DNA of 64,000 bases from Mytilus californianus (GCF_021869535.1 NW_026262668.1:139500001-139564000), one strand, 5' to 3'. Counted from the stretch's first letter, positions 1 through 13,700 are shown. Translations and numbers: made by a program. The notes: generated from the letters alone by a model not told the origin.

Positions 1-945
1 TTAGGTCTGTTTCCCAGATACTTTAAGCAATCAGTCTACTATATTTGGTGTATGGAATGATTGTAAGATATAAATGTCTTTCTGGTATGATTCATCTAGT
101 CTTGACATTATTTACATAGATCACTGATAAAGTTAAATCTACGTGATAATTGTAGTACACATGTAAAAAAACTTTCAACAAAAAATTCAATGTGTTTGGT
201 GCATGGAAAGATTGTAAGGTGTACATATCCTTTTTGTCAGGTTCATTTGACCTTGACATTATTTTCATGATTCATTGGTCAATTTGAACTTTTTGTCTGT
301 ACCTTGGATACTACAAGCGATATGACAACTATATGTGTTGTAAGGAATGATTGTAAGGTGTACATGTTTTTCTGGCAGATTTCAACTGAGCTGTACCGCA
401 GTTTCATGGTTCATTGGTCAATGTTAAGTTTCATGGTCTTTTAGGGTTTCTCAGATACTAAAAGCAATTATATTTGGTGTATGGAATGAATGTATGATGT
501 ACTTGTCTGTCTGGCAGGGTTAATCTGACATTGACCTCATTGGTCAATATTAAGTTCCATGGTTAGGTATGTTTCTAAATTAATATAACCAAATATGAAT
601 AGTATTTAATGCATGTAGTTATTGCAAAGTGGAAGTGTCTGTCTGGCAGGGTTCATCTGACCTTATCTCATTTTAATGGTTCATAGGTCGCTATATTTGT
701 TGTTGTGGTTAGGTCTGTTTCGCAGATACTATAAGCAATCAGTCTACTATATTTGTTGTATGGAATGATTGTAAGATATAAATGTCTTTCTGGCATGATT
801 TATCTAGCCTTGACATTATTTAAATGGATCACTGATAAAGTTTAATCTACATGATAATTGTAGTACACATGTAAAAAACTTTCAACAAAAAATTCAAACA
901 TGATTATTCAGTAATGCAGGCATTTCAGCATGTACTCTCTTGTTT
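1..945 (+). mobile_element. Non-autonomous element with degenerate ~120-bp internal repeats (HINE/pearl-like), 5'-truncated by the window edge
   Basis: Recurring motif ctatatttggtgtatggaatgattgtaag...catctgaccttgac; 1-190 is repeated at about 709-897; the 3' end gcagg..catttcagc..tcttgtt is shared with the copy at 23060-23460. Confidence 0.6.
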
Positions 946-1130
946 CATCTCTGGCATACAGCAATTCACAAAAAAATAGATATGCTGATGTAAAGAAAAC
1001 TAACTCTAATTTTTTTAGTCTTATTGAAACTTAAATATTCCTCTTTGTATCTGTTGTTGTTTTTTGTAGGAATGTAGACAGCAAATAAATATTAGATTGT
1101 AGAATATATTCTGTAGAGTTGTTAAAAGAG

Positions 1131-1282
1131 TGTTTTGATATTGATCCTGTATTATATCCAAAAACAGTTGTATTGGGATGAGGTAAGCCCTATTACCTCG
1201 AGCATAGCTGAAAGCATGAATACTGCTGTTGGAGACCCAATAGGACTGTACTTGGACATAATACAAGATCAATATGAAAACA
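1131..1282. repeat. Imperfect inverted repeat, ~47-bp arms (1131-1177 / 1236-1282), 58-nt spacer
   Basis: gttttgatattgatcctgtattatatccaaaaacagttgtattggg pairs with cccaataggactgtacttggacataatacaagatcaatatgaaaac. Confidence 0.8.
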
Positions 1283-2589
1283 TCCATTTTATGACACCTT
1301 TATCAACCAATGACTTAAAATAACCACCAAAATCTGACTGAGAACAAACATGATTGAAAGAAGACTAATACAGGATTAATATGAACTAATACGGTTAATT
1401 TTCATGGCCCCTTAGACGCAGTGATATTCAAAATTGTCAACCCTTAAAAGTAATTTCACTTTGGACTGCACCCTCAGAAAAATGATCTTTTACGGTTGAC
1501 AATTCTGGAAATTCACCCGTTACATAATTGTATAAAGTCAAAGAAAAATATATATTATAACATATGAAAAACAACTGTTAACATCAAACTTGTTCATTAT
1601 TATAAATATAATCTATCAATAATACAACCTTCCATTTTCTGACACCTTTTTGAACCAAAACTGAAAGTTAAAAATCCTGTATTAGACCTGTAAAAATTCT
1701 GTATTAGACAGGTTTTTATCTGTATTAGACCTGTTTTAATGACCAGTTCTCAGACACATGAAATTTTGATAAATAGACAATTTACAATGTATTTTAAATT
1801 ATAGGTTAATATCAACACTTATACATCTATTATTTTAATTTTGTTGACAAGTAATGAAGTTAAATGTTTATTTACAACTAACAAGGGTATACTTCACATA
1901 TATTATACATATTTTTTAGTATTACGGAACAGGCTGGAATCCCGTGGTAAATAAATACAAATTGCAGTGTGCACTGCATGCTGAGATTGCTATTCACTGC
2001 TGGAATATAATCATTGCTTTTATAATGTTTTATCTTACAACCACCCTGTCTAAACCAATCCTTGATTTAACTAAATGTCTCTTTAAACTCAACCACACTC
2101 AATATTCTTCAGTTATCTGACCTTTTTGAAATTAACGGCTTCTGAACAGCACTGAATATTCTTCAGTTATCTGACCTTTTTGAAATTAACTGCTTCTGAA
2201 CATGACTGAGTATTCTTCCATTATTTCATTTATATACCAAAGTCCTGTTTACCTGATGTTTCATAACCAAGAATGAGTTTTACATAATAATTTGTCCTGT
2301 TTATACCAAGCACTTGCCTTCACTCCTACTCAATATCTGTTATTTATTGGCACTGGTCAGTGTGAAAGAGATTTGGTTTAGACAGGGTAACAAATAGAAC
2401 TATTTATTGGCACTGGTCAGTGTGAAAGAGATTTGGTTTAGACAGAGGAACTGTAGAACTTCTCTATAACATTCATTGGAATAAGCATGGAGCTCTGTGG
2501 ATTTAAAGGAAATAGTTTAATTGATGGGTCACTTTTCATATGCAAATTAGTCTTTTTTATATATTTATCAATAACAATTTTTTAACATG

Positions 2590-5431
2590 TTATTAAGTCT
2601 CCCAAACGAAGTTTGGGAAGACTTATTGTTTTTGCTCAGTTCTTATTAAGTCTCCCAAATGAAGTTTGGGAAGACCTATTGTTTTTGCTCAGTTCTTATT
2701 ATTATTATTATTCTTCTTCCTCTTCCTCTTCCTCTTCCTCTTCCGCCGCTTTTAAATTTGAACTTGTCCGCACCTGTTCTCCAAAACCACTTGTCAGATT
2801 AACTTAGGGTTTGACAATATGTTAGACTAACATGTCTAGTGGTGCAATCAGGGTTTTGTTTGTGCAATGGGGTTTATAAAGGGGTACTTTGAGGGGCAAA
2901 AAGAAAAGAGGGTTTTACTATAGAACCCTATGGGATTTTATTTTTTAAAATTTTCAAATGATTATAACTTTAAACCGTTTGTGATAGACACAATCTTTTT
3001 AATTGAAAATGTTCTAAATGATAAAACCCATTAAATGAAATACAGGGTTAGTCCCCAGGGGTCACCCCCACCCCCTGCCATTTAAGAAAGTTCTAATACC
3101 TTGTAAGTGGTCAAGATCCCCACCCCTAAACCATATATATTCTGGTTTGTCATGCTAAGATGGTTTGAATGATATACAGGGTTAGTCCCCAGGGGTCATC
3201 CCGACCCCCTGCCATTTGAGAAAGTTCTAATATCTTGTAAATGGTCGAGATCCCCACCCCTAAACCATATATATTCTGGTTTGTCATGATAAAGCACATG
3301 AAATGAAATACAGGGTTAGTCCCCAGGGGTCACCCCCACCCCATGCCATTTAAGAAAGTTCTAATATCTTGTAAATGGTCGAGATCCCCACCCCTAAACC
3401 ATATATATTCTGGTTTGTCATGATAAAGCACATCAAATAAAATACAGGGTTAAACCCCAGGGGTCACCCCCACCCCCTGCCATTAAAGAAAGTTCTAATA
3501 ACTTGTAAGTGGTCAAGATCCCCACCCCTAAACCATGTATATTCTGGTTTGTCATGTGAAGATGGTTTGAATGATATACAGGGTTAGTCCCTAGGGGTCA
3601 CCCCCACCCCCTGCTATTTAAGAAAGTTCTAATATCTTGTTAATGGTCAAGATCCCCACCCCTAAACCATATATATTCTGGTTTGTCATACCAAGATGGT
3701 TTGAATGATATACAGAGTTAGTCCCCAGGGGTCATCCCGACCCCCTGTCATTTGAGAAAGTTCTAATATCTTGTAAATGGTCGTGATCCCCACCCCTAAA
3801 CCATATATATTCCATATATATTCCTGTTCGTCATGTCTCGAACATTTGAATGATGTTTAGGGTCAGTCCCCAGGGGTTCCCCCCACCCCCAATGTTCTAG
3901 TATCTTGTAAATGGTCGAGATCCCCACCCCTAAACCATATATATTCTGGTTTGTCATGCCAAGATGGTTTGAATGATATACAGGGTTAGTCCCCAGGCAT
4001 CACTAATGCATATAACTTTACTGGACCAAACCAATTTTCACTGGACTTTGTCCAATGTCAGGCGACCCTGGGAATTACGAATTATGGGAGCTTCGTTTGG
4101 GAGACTTCGTAACAGCATCCTGTTACAATCATTTCTTGTTATTATTATTATTCTTCTTCTTCTTCTTCTTCCTCTTCCGCCGCTTTTAAATTTGAACTTG
4201 TCCGCACCCTTTCTCCAAAACCGCTTGCCAGATTAACTTAGGGTTTCACAATATGTTAGACTAACATGTCTAGTGGTGCAATCAGGGTTTTGTTTGTGCA
4301 ATGGGGTTTATAAAGGGGTACTTTGAGGGGCAAAAAGAAAAGAGGGTTTTACTATAGAACCCTATGGGATTTTATTTTTTAAAATTTCAAAATGATTATA
4401 AATTGAAAACCGTTTGTGATAGACACAATCTTTTTAATTGAAAATGTTCTAAATGATAAAGCCCATTAAATGAAGTACAGGGTTAGTCCCCAGGGGTCAC
4501 CCCCACCCCCTGCCATTTAAGAAAGTTCTAATACCTTGTAAATGGTTGAGATCCCCACCCCTAAACCATATATATTTTGGTTTGTCATGCTAAGATGGTT
4601 TGAATGATATACAGGGTTAGTCCCCAGGGGTCATCCCGACCCCCTGCCGTTTGAGAAAGTTCTTATACCTTGTAAATGGTCGAGATCCCCACCCCTAAAC
4701 CATATATATTCTGGTTTGTCATGATAAAGCACATCAAATGTAATACAGGGTTAGTCCCCAGGGGTCACCCCCACCCCATGCCATTTGAGAAAGTTCTAAT
4801 ATCTTCTAAGTGGTCAAGATCCCCACCCCTAAACCATATATATTCTGGTTTGTCATGCTAAGATGGTTTGAATGATACACAGGGTTAGTCCCCAGGGGTC
4901 ATCCCGACCCCCTGCCATTTGAGAAAGTTCTAATATCTTGTAAATGGTCGAGATCCCCACCCCTAAACCATATATATTCTGGTTTGTCATGATAAAGCAC
5001 ATCAAATGAAATACAGGGTTAGTCCCCAGGGGTCATCCCCACCCCCTGCCATTTAAGAAAGTTCTAATACCTTGTAAATGGTTGAGATCCCCACCCCTAA
5101 ACCATATATATTCCTATTTGTCATGTCTCGAACATTTGAATGACGTATACGGTCAGTCCCCAGGGGTTCCCCCCCCACCCCCAATGTTCTAATATCTTGT
5201 AAATGGTTGAGATCCTCACCCCTAAACCATATATATTCTGGTTTGTCATGCCAAGATGATTTGAATGATATACAAGGTTAGTCCCCAGGCATCACTAATG
5301 CATATAACTTTACTGGACCAAACCAATTTTCACTGGACGTTGCCCAATGTCAGGCGACCCTGGGAATTACGAATTATGGGAGCTTCGTTTGGGAGACTTC
5401 GTAACAGAATCCTGTTACAATCATTTCTTGT
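2590..5431 (+). mobile_element. Head-to-tail dimer of a Helentron-associated non-autonomous element (HINE/DINE-1 architecture) carrying 134-bp tandem repeats
   Basis: 5' palindrome agtctcccaaacgaagtttgggaagact (duplicated at 2645); (TTA)n(TTC)n microsatellite; 134-bp arrays at 3041-3990 and 4476-5290; 3' subTIR cttcgtttgggagact (4091, 5383); 3' hairpin gtaacag-N4-ctgttac; T-rich ends; no TSD. Confidence 0.85.
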
Positions 5432-5774
5432 TTTATATTTGTATTAATTAACAAATTAACGACATTCTCATTTTAACCTTGAAGTTTGAAGTATATCATG
5501 TACTGTATTTATTTTACGATTGACTAATCCACTTGTGTTAATGATATTTATGTACTAGAGCTGAAGTAGTGGTGCTGTTATTGTATCTCTATTATATTAT
5601 TACAGTGTACCATTATTGGAGCTATAGCTCTCCTATGTTGCTAGTTTTTCTAATCTTATAGCATATCTTGTGTTTGAAACTTTATCTGTCAAAGTATTAT
5701 TATTTATGCCTTCATTGTTTTGTTTTTTCTACTATAGTCTTAAAGCTTAAAGCAAACAATTATTAATTAAGTTT

Positions 5775-6540
5775 TTCAGTCATCAATTACTATGTCAAAC
5801 CTTCATGGAATTTTATGAAATGTATACAGAAGCTTGCTTATGATCAAAATACAGTATCCAGAGCGAACATTTGAAAATTTTCCGTATTTTACTGATAAAT
5901 GGTTAACATTCAGATTTACTGGAAGTCTGAGCTTGAATTTTTTTTGACATCAATAACTTTTGTCAAATCTTCATAAAATTTTATGAAATTTAGACAGAAG
6001 CTTGTTTAAGACCAAAATACAGTATCTAGAGCAAAATAAAAAAAAAAAATTATTTTTCATTTTTCTGTATTTTACTGATAAATGGACTTAGTTTTTTAAA
6101 AGTTAATAAGTAGATACAGATGGGGTTAACATTTGTAACTCATCAATTACTTTGTCAAACCTTCATAGAGTTTTATGATACTTTGGCAGAAGCTTTTTTA
6201 TGATTAAGAAATAATGTCTAAAGCAAACCTTTTAAAATATATTTTTTTCATTTGTAGTATTTTTCTGATAGATGGACTACGTTTTTTACAGTTTACATTT
6301 ACAGACAGTGTGGGATGAAATTTTTTTGACATGATAAATTTGTAAACCTTCATGGATTGTTATGAAACTTGACAGAAGCTAATCTTCAAGTCCAAGGAAT
6401 AGCATCTAAAGAAATTTTTTTTTATATTTTTTTTAATTTCTGTATTTTACTGATAAATGGACTCACTTTTTAAGTCAACATTACACTTTTACACTGAAAG
6501 CAGCAATAGTAGGCGAGACACACGGTTCCGCAGAAATTCT
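5775..6540 (+). mobile_element. Degenerate interspersed element with internal repeats (catcaataacttttgtcaaaccttcat...); related pieces at 28330-28520 and 29625-29700
   Basis: Repeated motif at about 5950, 6140 and 6330; terminal aagtcaacattacac...gcgagaca segment shared with 29640. Confidence 0.5.
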
Positions 6541-6589
6541 AAATATCAATACAAATTTAATTTTTCAAAAAGATGAAGAATTTCAGCTA

Positions 6590-7534
6590 ATTAGTCCCCT
6601 ACCGAGGAAGTCGAAGGGGACTTTAGGTTTGCACTCTGTCCGTCTGTCCATCCGTCAGTCGGGCAAATCAGCTTTCCACACTTTTTTCTTCGTTCTTGAA
6701 GATATTGATTTGATATTTGGTATATAGTTTTATCATGACAAGTTATAGATCAAGTTCGAATTTTGTTCCGGTCTGATGGTTTAGTCCAGAGTTATGGACC
6801 ATAACTCTGGACCATATCTAGAGTACTATGTAAAACCATATTTCTGTACAAAGGGAGATAACTCATTTTTTAAAAGACATCGATTGTTAAATTATTTGAA
6901 GAATTTTTTGGCAGGTTTATTTGTTATTTAGTATAAACTAATTTTCTGAATGCTATATATATAAAAAAAAAATTATGAAGAGAAATCCTTTAATTAGATA
7001 ATAATCTATTTTTATTAATGTATATATTTCAATACATTACATTGTGTAGATAAAAGTTGTTGACATTTTATAGATAAGTTACAAATCTATATTAGTTTGT
7101 GACAAATGAAAGAAAAAATATTTGGAACTATTAATTATATTTGATTATAATTTGAAAATAGATATACACTGTATTACATCATATCTAATTTTAGAGAACT
7201 ATTAATCATATCTAATGTTTTTTTCATCATGCTTATAAGATATTGATTGATAATTGGTATATAGTTTTATCATGACAAGTTACAGATCAAGTTCAAATAT
7301 TTGTTTCGGTCTAATAATTTTGTGCAGAATTATGGTCCTTGGACTTGAAAAATTCACTCATACAATCAGTTTTCCACACTGTTTTTAGTCCTGCTTGAAG
7401 ATATTGACATGATATTTACTTTTTGTTTACACCATGACAAATTATAGAACAAGTTAGCATTTTGTTCCAGTATAATGAATTTTTACCCGGTAGGGAACTA
7501 TGTCTTGCCATGCAATACTCTCAGAATGCTTGTT
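6590..7534 (+). mobile_element. HINE-type element
   Basis: 5' tagtcccctaccg plus adjacent partial inverted repeat, GTCY microsatellite (gtccgtctgtccatccgtc), 3' subTIR cggtagggaacta (7488-7500), hairpin ttgc-cat-gcaa, ends in cttgtt. Confidence 0.8.
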
Positions 7535-7605
7535 AATTCTGCCATTTAGTTATTTTAAAAACTATGTATTTTTACATAAATCAAATATTTCCTACAATTT
7601 TACAG

Positions 7606-7743
7606 AAAGGAAGATGTAAATCTGTCCAGGCCATAGGATGGTATTTAGAGGAGGCCAACATGGCTCAAGTTTCTACAAATATATCAGATTATAATGTGAC
7701 ACCTATACATAAAGTTTATGAAGAAGTGTGTAAAGATGCTGAG
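7606..7743 (+). CDS. FTCD: FTCD exon ([46 protein letters not shown])
   Basis: ttttacag acceptor, gag|gtatgt donor, 138 nt, phase 0/0. Confidence 0.95.
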
Positions 7744-10700
7744 GTATGTTACTTGTCGTGTAGCTTGTCACATGACTTGAAATGATCCCTTGCATAAAAG
7801 AGAGAAGGAGAGCCATAAATTTCTCAATTAGCAAATCATTCAAATATTTATGCATTTAATTCATTTTAATAAGGGACCATGCATGAAATACTGGTTAAAA
7901 TCTTTTATTGTATTTCAAACTTGTTCTTCTTGGCACATGTCCCCTGATAACATAAAAAGTTGTCAAATTTAAGGATTCCGTTGAACAAACCTAGAACTAA
8001 TATTATTTGAGACTTGGAAAGTTTATAAATTAACATATAAATACAAGTCATGTTTGACCTTGTCTGTAAGGGTTAACACTTGATTTTGCAGAAATAACCA
8101 AGTATGATAGTAATTATTCAATATTAAGTATGATTCAATCAAAGGATTTACCTATTACCTATATGAAGATAGATATTCTTTTTCCTTCATTGCAGGAGTT
8201 AAATTTAGCAATTTGTGGATCACAGATTGTTGGTTTAGTCCCACTAGAGGCATTAATGCAAGCTGCTGATTATTACATGGAAAAAGAAAATCTGTTTATT
8301 TTAGAAGAGGACCAGAAACTCAGATTGGTTTGTATTAATTATTGTTGTTACTGCCCTTGTTTAAACTCCCCTGTCAAGAATAGAAAACATTGGTTAATCT
8401 ATATACAAAATTATTAGAGTTTCCTCCCTTGTGAAAGCCTCCCTGTCACAGAATAGAAAACTTAGTTATATATGTGCAAATTATTATATTCCCTCTGTTG
8501 TGAAAGCTTGTGTCACAGTATTTAACTGTAGGTTGATATGTACAAGTTACCTCCATTGTTTTAACTTTCCTGTCAGAGAATAGAAAACTTAGGTTGATAT
8601 GTATCAATTATTATAGTTCCCTCACTTGTGAAATCTTCCCTGTCACAGAATAGAAAACCGCGGTTGACATGTACCAATTATTATAGTTCCCTCACTTGTG
8701 AAATCTTCCCTGTCACAGAATAGAAAACTTAGGTTGATATGTATCAATTATTATAGTTCCCTCACTTGTGAAATCTTCCCTGTCACAGAATAGAAAACTT
8801 AGGTTGATATGTATCAATTATTATAGTTCCCTCACTTGTGAAATCTTCCCTGTCACAGAATAGAAAACCGCGGTTGACATGTACCAATTATTATAGTTCC
8901 CTCACTTGTGAAATCTTCCCTGTCACAGAATAGAAAACTTAGGTTGATATGTATCAATTATTATAGTTCCCTCACTTGTGAAATCTTCCCTGTCACAGAA
9001 TAGAAAACTTAGGTTGATATGTATCAATTATTATAGTTCCCTCACTTGTGAAATCTTCCCTGTCACAGAATAGAAAACCGCGGTTGACATGTACCAATTA
9101 TTATAGTTCCCTCACATGTAAAAGTTTCTTGGTCACAGAACCCTTTATTTCACTTGTTGTGGTCAAACTACTTAAAACATTCTTATTGGCCTTATATTAT
9201 AGGCCCATATACCTAAATGTCTATTTTTATGTTTACAGGTTATTAACAGAATGGGACTAAACTCTTTAGGAGCCTTTAGTCCTAAAGAAAGAATTATAGA
9301 GTAAGTTCTTGAATTCTTAGGAGCTTTAATAAGTTTAAAAAAGCAAAATAGAGTAAGTTATGTTATCCTTTTCTTTTCTTTATTTGTATCGACAGTCAGT
9401 TTCTTCAGGGATGCCTTACTATCTGCTGTTGTTGACAATAATGAGAGATTCATCTCTACTGCAAAGCCTAATTAAGAGGTGCTAATGCAGTGACAACATT
9501 AAATAATTACTCAATATTTCAGAAGATAGAAGAGCTATACAATCCATATTTAGAATATACTGTAGATTCGTTATTATTGGTAGGATATCGGTTTTACGTG
9601 GATTTTGTGCTTACAGGGGAACCACATATTTAAAAGTTTAACAAATTAAAAATTTTCTATAGGAATATATACAGACTTTGGCAAAGCCACGAAATCAAAT
9701 GTCCACAAAATTGCATGTTTTCCTCAATCCACGAAAATGAATATCAATTAATGGCCAAAACATCTTATATAACACAAAAGTTGTCTTTTGAAAAGAAGCA
9801 ATAATTAATTTCAAAAGGAATTTTATGACATAAAGGAGTTATTTCTTGATAGCCAAACATTATGTATAAACATTTACTTGCATAATTATTATTCCCTTAT
9901 TCTAGAATATAAGATAACAGTGAATTGTTAATTATTATTCCCTTATTCTAGAATATACGATAACAGTGAATTGTTAATTATTCCCTTATTCTAGAATATA
10001 CCATAACAGTGAATTGTTAATTATTATTCCCTTATTCTAGAATATACGATAACAGTGAATTGTTAATTATTATACCCTTATTCTAGAATATACGATAACA
10101 GTGAATTGTTAATTTGAGTTTAAGAAATATGATGATGATGTATCTATGTTTTTTTTAGTTATGAGACAGTAATATATAATTATATATGTATCTATATAAA
10201 GTGAGGAGATGGGGGTATGATTGCCTATGAGATAACTATCCAACAGGGATCAAATAAAGTAGGTTGTAGCAACTATGTTTATTTTTTAGTTATAATATAT
10301 TGTTATACAATTATATTTATTTTTAGATATATGATATCAGATGAAAATGATGGTCCACTAGTCAGCATGGATGTGAAAGATTTTGTATTAACTATTGGGT
10401 CAAGGTCACCTACACCTGGTGGTGGCTCAGTGGCAGCACTGTTAGCTTCTCTAGTAAGTATAAGGTCAAGGTTATTTACAACTGTGGTTACCTCTTAGAA
10501 ATGGGGGATCAGTGACAGAACTTTTAGGTTCTTTAGTAAGTATAAGGTCAAGGTTATTTACTACTGTGGTTACCTCTTTGAAATGGGGGATCAGTGACAG
10601 AACTTTTAGGTTCTCTTGTAAGTATAAGGTCAAGGTTATTTACTACTGTGGTTACCTCTTAGAAATGGGGGATCAGTGACAGAACTTTTAGGTTCTCTTG

Positions 10701-13700
10701 TAAGTTTAAGGTCAAGGTTACCTAAAACTTATATTTTATAGGTGCCAAACTTATGGGGTAATGTTTATTGAAGATTTCATTGAATGCCACCATTACATAA
10801 TAATTTTCGTTTGTTTCAAAAAGAACTGTACTTTAATCCTGTTAAAATAACTATCAAAACTTTGAGGAAATTAAATATGAGTTCCTTATTCTAAGTAAAT
10901 GATTGCAACAATTATCAAGCTTTGTGAAAAAAAATGACAATAAAAATCAGTAAAAAAGAAGAGTTTTTGGGATTTTTTATTTACTACTAAACTTATTGAA
11001 ACAACAAAATGTGACCTGCATTAATAAATTTTAGTTGACAACCACACCTGTCACTTAACATAACTACCACTGTATTTCAAAACACATTTGAACTCCCCCT
11101 CATGGTTGATGGCCCATACTGTCATCTATTTGAACCCCCCCCCCCCCCTTAAGAATCATGGTTGATGGCTTCTACTGTCATCTATTTGAACTCCCCCTTA
11201 AGAATCATGGTTTTCTACTGTCATCTATTTGAACTCCCCTTTAGAATCATGGTTGATGGCTCCTACTGTCATCTATTTGAACTCCCCCTTAAGAATCATG
11301 GTTGATGGCTCCTACTGTCATCTATTTGAACTCCCCCTTTAGAATCATGGTTGATGGCTCCTACTGTCATCTATTTGAACTCCTCCTTTGGAATCATGGT
11401 TGATGGCTCCTACTGTCATCTATTTGAACTCCCCCTTTAGAATCATGGGTGATGGCTCCTACTGTCATCTATTTGAACCCCCCCTTAAGAATCATGGTTG
11501 ATGGCTCCTACTGTCATCTATTTGAACTCCCCCTTTAGAATCATGGTTGATGGCTCCTACTGTCATCTATTTGAACTCCCCCTTTAGAATCATGGTTGAT
11601 GGCTCCTACTGTCATCTATTTCAACTCCCCCTTTAGAATCATGGTTGATGGCTCCTACTGTCATCTATTTGAACTCCCCCTTTAGAATCATGGTTGATGG
11701 CTCCTACTGTCATCTATTTGAACCCCTTTAGAATCATGGTTGATGGCTCCTACTGTCATCTATTTGAACTCCCCCTTTAGAATCATGGGTGATGGCTCCT
11801 ACTGTCATCTATTTGAACTCCCCCTTTAGAATCATGGTTGATGGCTCCTACTGTCATCTATTTGAACTCCCCCTTAAGAATCATGGTTGATGGCTCCTAC
11901 TGTCATCTATTTGAACTCCCCCTTTAGAATCATGGTTGATGGCTCCTACTGTCATCTATTTGAACTCCCCCTTAAGAATCATGGTTGATGGCTCCTACTG
12001 TCATCTATTTGAACTCCCCCTTTAGAATCATGGTTGATGGCTCCTACTGTCATCTATTTGAACTCCCCCTTTAGAATCATGGTTGATGGCTCCTACTGTC
12101 ATCTATTTGAACTCCCCCTTTAGAATCATGGTTGATGGCTCCTACTGTCATCTGTTTGAACTCCCCCTTAAGAATCATGGTTGATGGCTCCTACTGTCAT
12201 CTATTTGAACTCCCCCTTAAGAATCATGATTAATGGCTCCTACTGTCATCTATTTAAACTCCCCCTTTAGAATCATGGTTGATGGCTCCTACTGTCATCT
12301 ATTTGAACTCCCCCTTTAGAATCATGGGTGATGGCTCCTACTGTCATCTATTTGAACTCCTCCTTTGGAATCATGGTTGATGGCTCCTACTGTCATCTAT
12401 TTGAACTCCCTCTTAAGAATCATGGTTGATGGCTCCTACTGTCATCTATTTGAACTCCCCCTTAAGAATCATGGTTGATGACTTCTACTGTCATCTATTT
12501 GAACTCCCCTTTAGAATCATGGTTGATGGCTCCTACTGTCATCTATTTGAACTCCCCCTTAAGAATCATGGTTGATGGCTCCTACTGTCATCTATTTGAA
12601 CTCCCCCTTAAGAATCATGGTTGATGGCTCCTACTGTCATCTATTTGAACTCCTCCTTTGGAATCATGGTTGATGGCTCCTACTGTCATCTATTTGAACT
12701 CCCCCTTTAGAATCATGGGTGATGGCTCCTACTGTCATCTATTTGAACTCCCCCTTAAGAATCATGGTTGATGGCTCCTACTGTCATCTATTTGAACTCC
12801 CCCTTTAGAATCATGGTTGATGGCTCCTACTGTCATCTATTTAAACTCCCCCTTTAGAATCATGGGTGATGGCTCCTACTGTCATCTATTTGAACTCCCC
12901 CTTTAGAATCATGGTTGATGGCTCCTACTGTCATCTATTTGAACTCCCCCTTTAGAATCATGGTTGATGGCTCCTACTGTCATCTGTTTGAACTCCCCCT
13001 TAAGAATCATGGTTGATGGCTCCTACTGTCATCTATTTGAACTCCCCCTTAAGAATCATGATTAATGGCTCCTACTGTCATCTATTTAAACTCCCCCTTT
13101 AGAATCATGGTTGATGGCTCCTACTGTCATCTATTTGAACTCCCCCTTTAGAATCATGGGTGATGGCTCCTACTGTCATCTATTTGAACTCCTCCTTTGG
13201 AATCATGGTTGATGGCTCCTACTGTCATCTATTTGAACTCCCTCTTAAGAATCATGGTTGATGGCTCCTACTGTCATCTATTTGAACTCCCCCTTAAGAA
13301 TCATGGTTGATGACTTCTACTGTCATCTATTTGAACTCCCCTTTAGAATCATGGTTGATGGCTCCTACTGTCATCTATTTGAACTCCCCCTTAAGAATCA
13401 TGGTTGATGGCTCCTACTGTCATCTATTTGAACTCCCCCTTAAGAATCATGGTTGATGGCTCCTACTGTCATCTATTTGAACTCCTCCTTTGGAATCATG
13501 GTTGATGGCTCCTACTGTCATCTATTTGAACTCCCCCTTTAGAATCATGGGTGATGGCTCCTACTGTCATCTATTTGAACTCCCCCTTAAGAATCATGGT
13601 TGATGGCTCCTACTGTCATCTATTTGAACTCCCCCTTTAGAATCATGGTTGATGGCTCCTACTGTCATCTATTTGAACTCCCCCTTTAGAATCATGGTTG

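Noticed and set aside
1021-1323. Two opposite-strand ORFs sharing LDIIQDQY
   Set aside because: A by-product of the DNA inverted repeat at 1131-1282; no coding signal.
2613-5447. ORFs at 2613, 3973, 4676 and 5265
   Set aside because: They lie within HINE microsatellite and tandem-repeat DNA; their mutual similarity reflects the element duplication.
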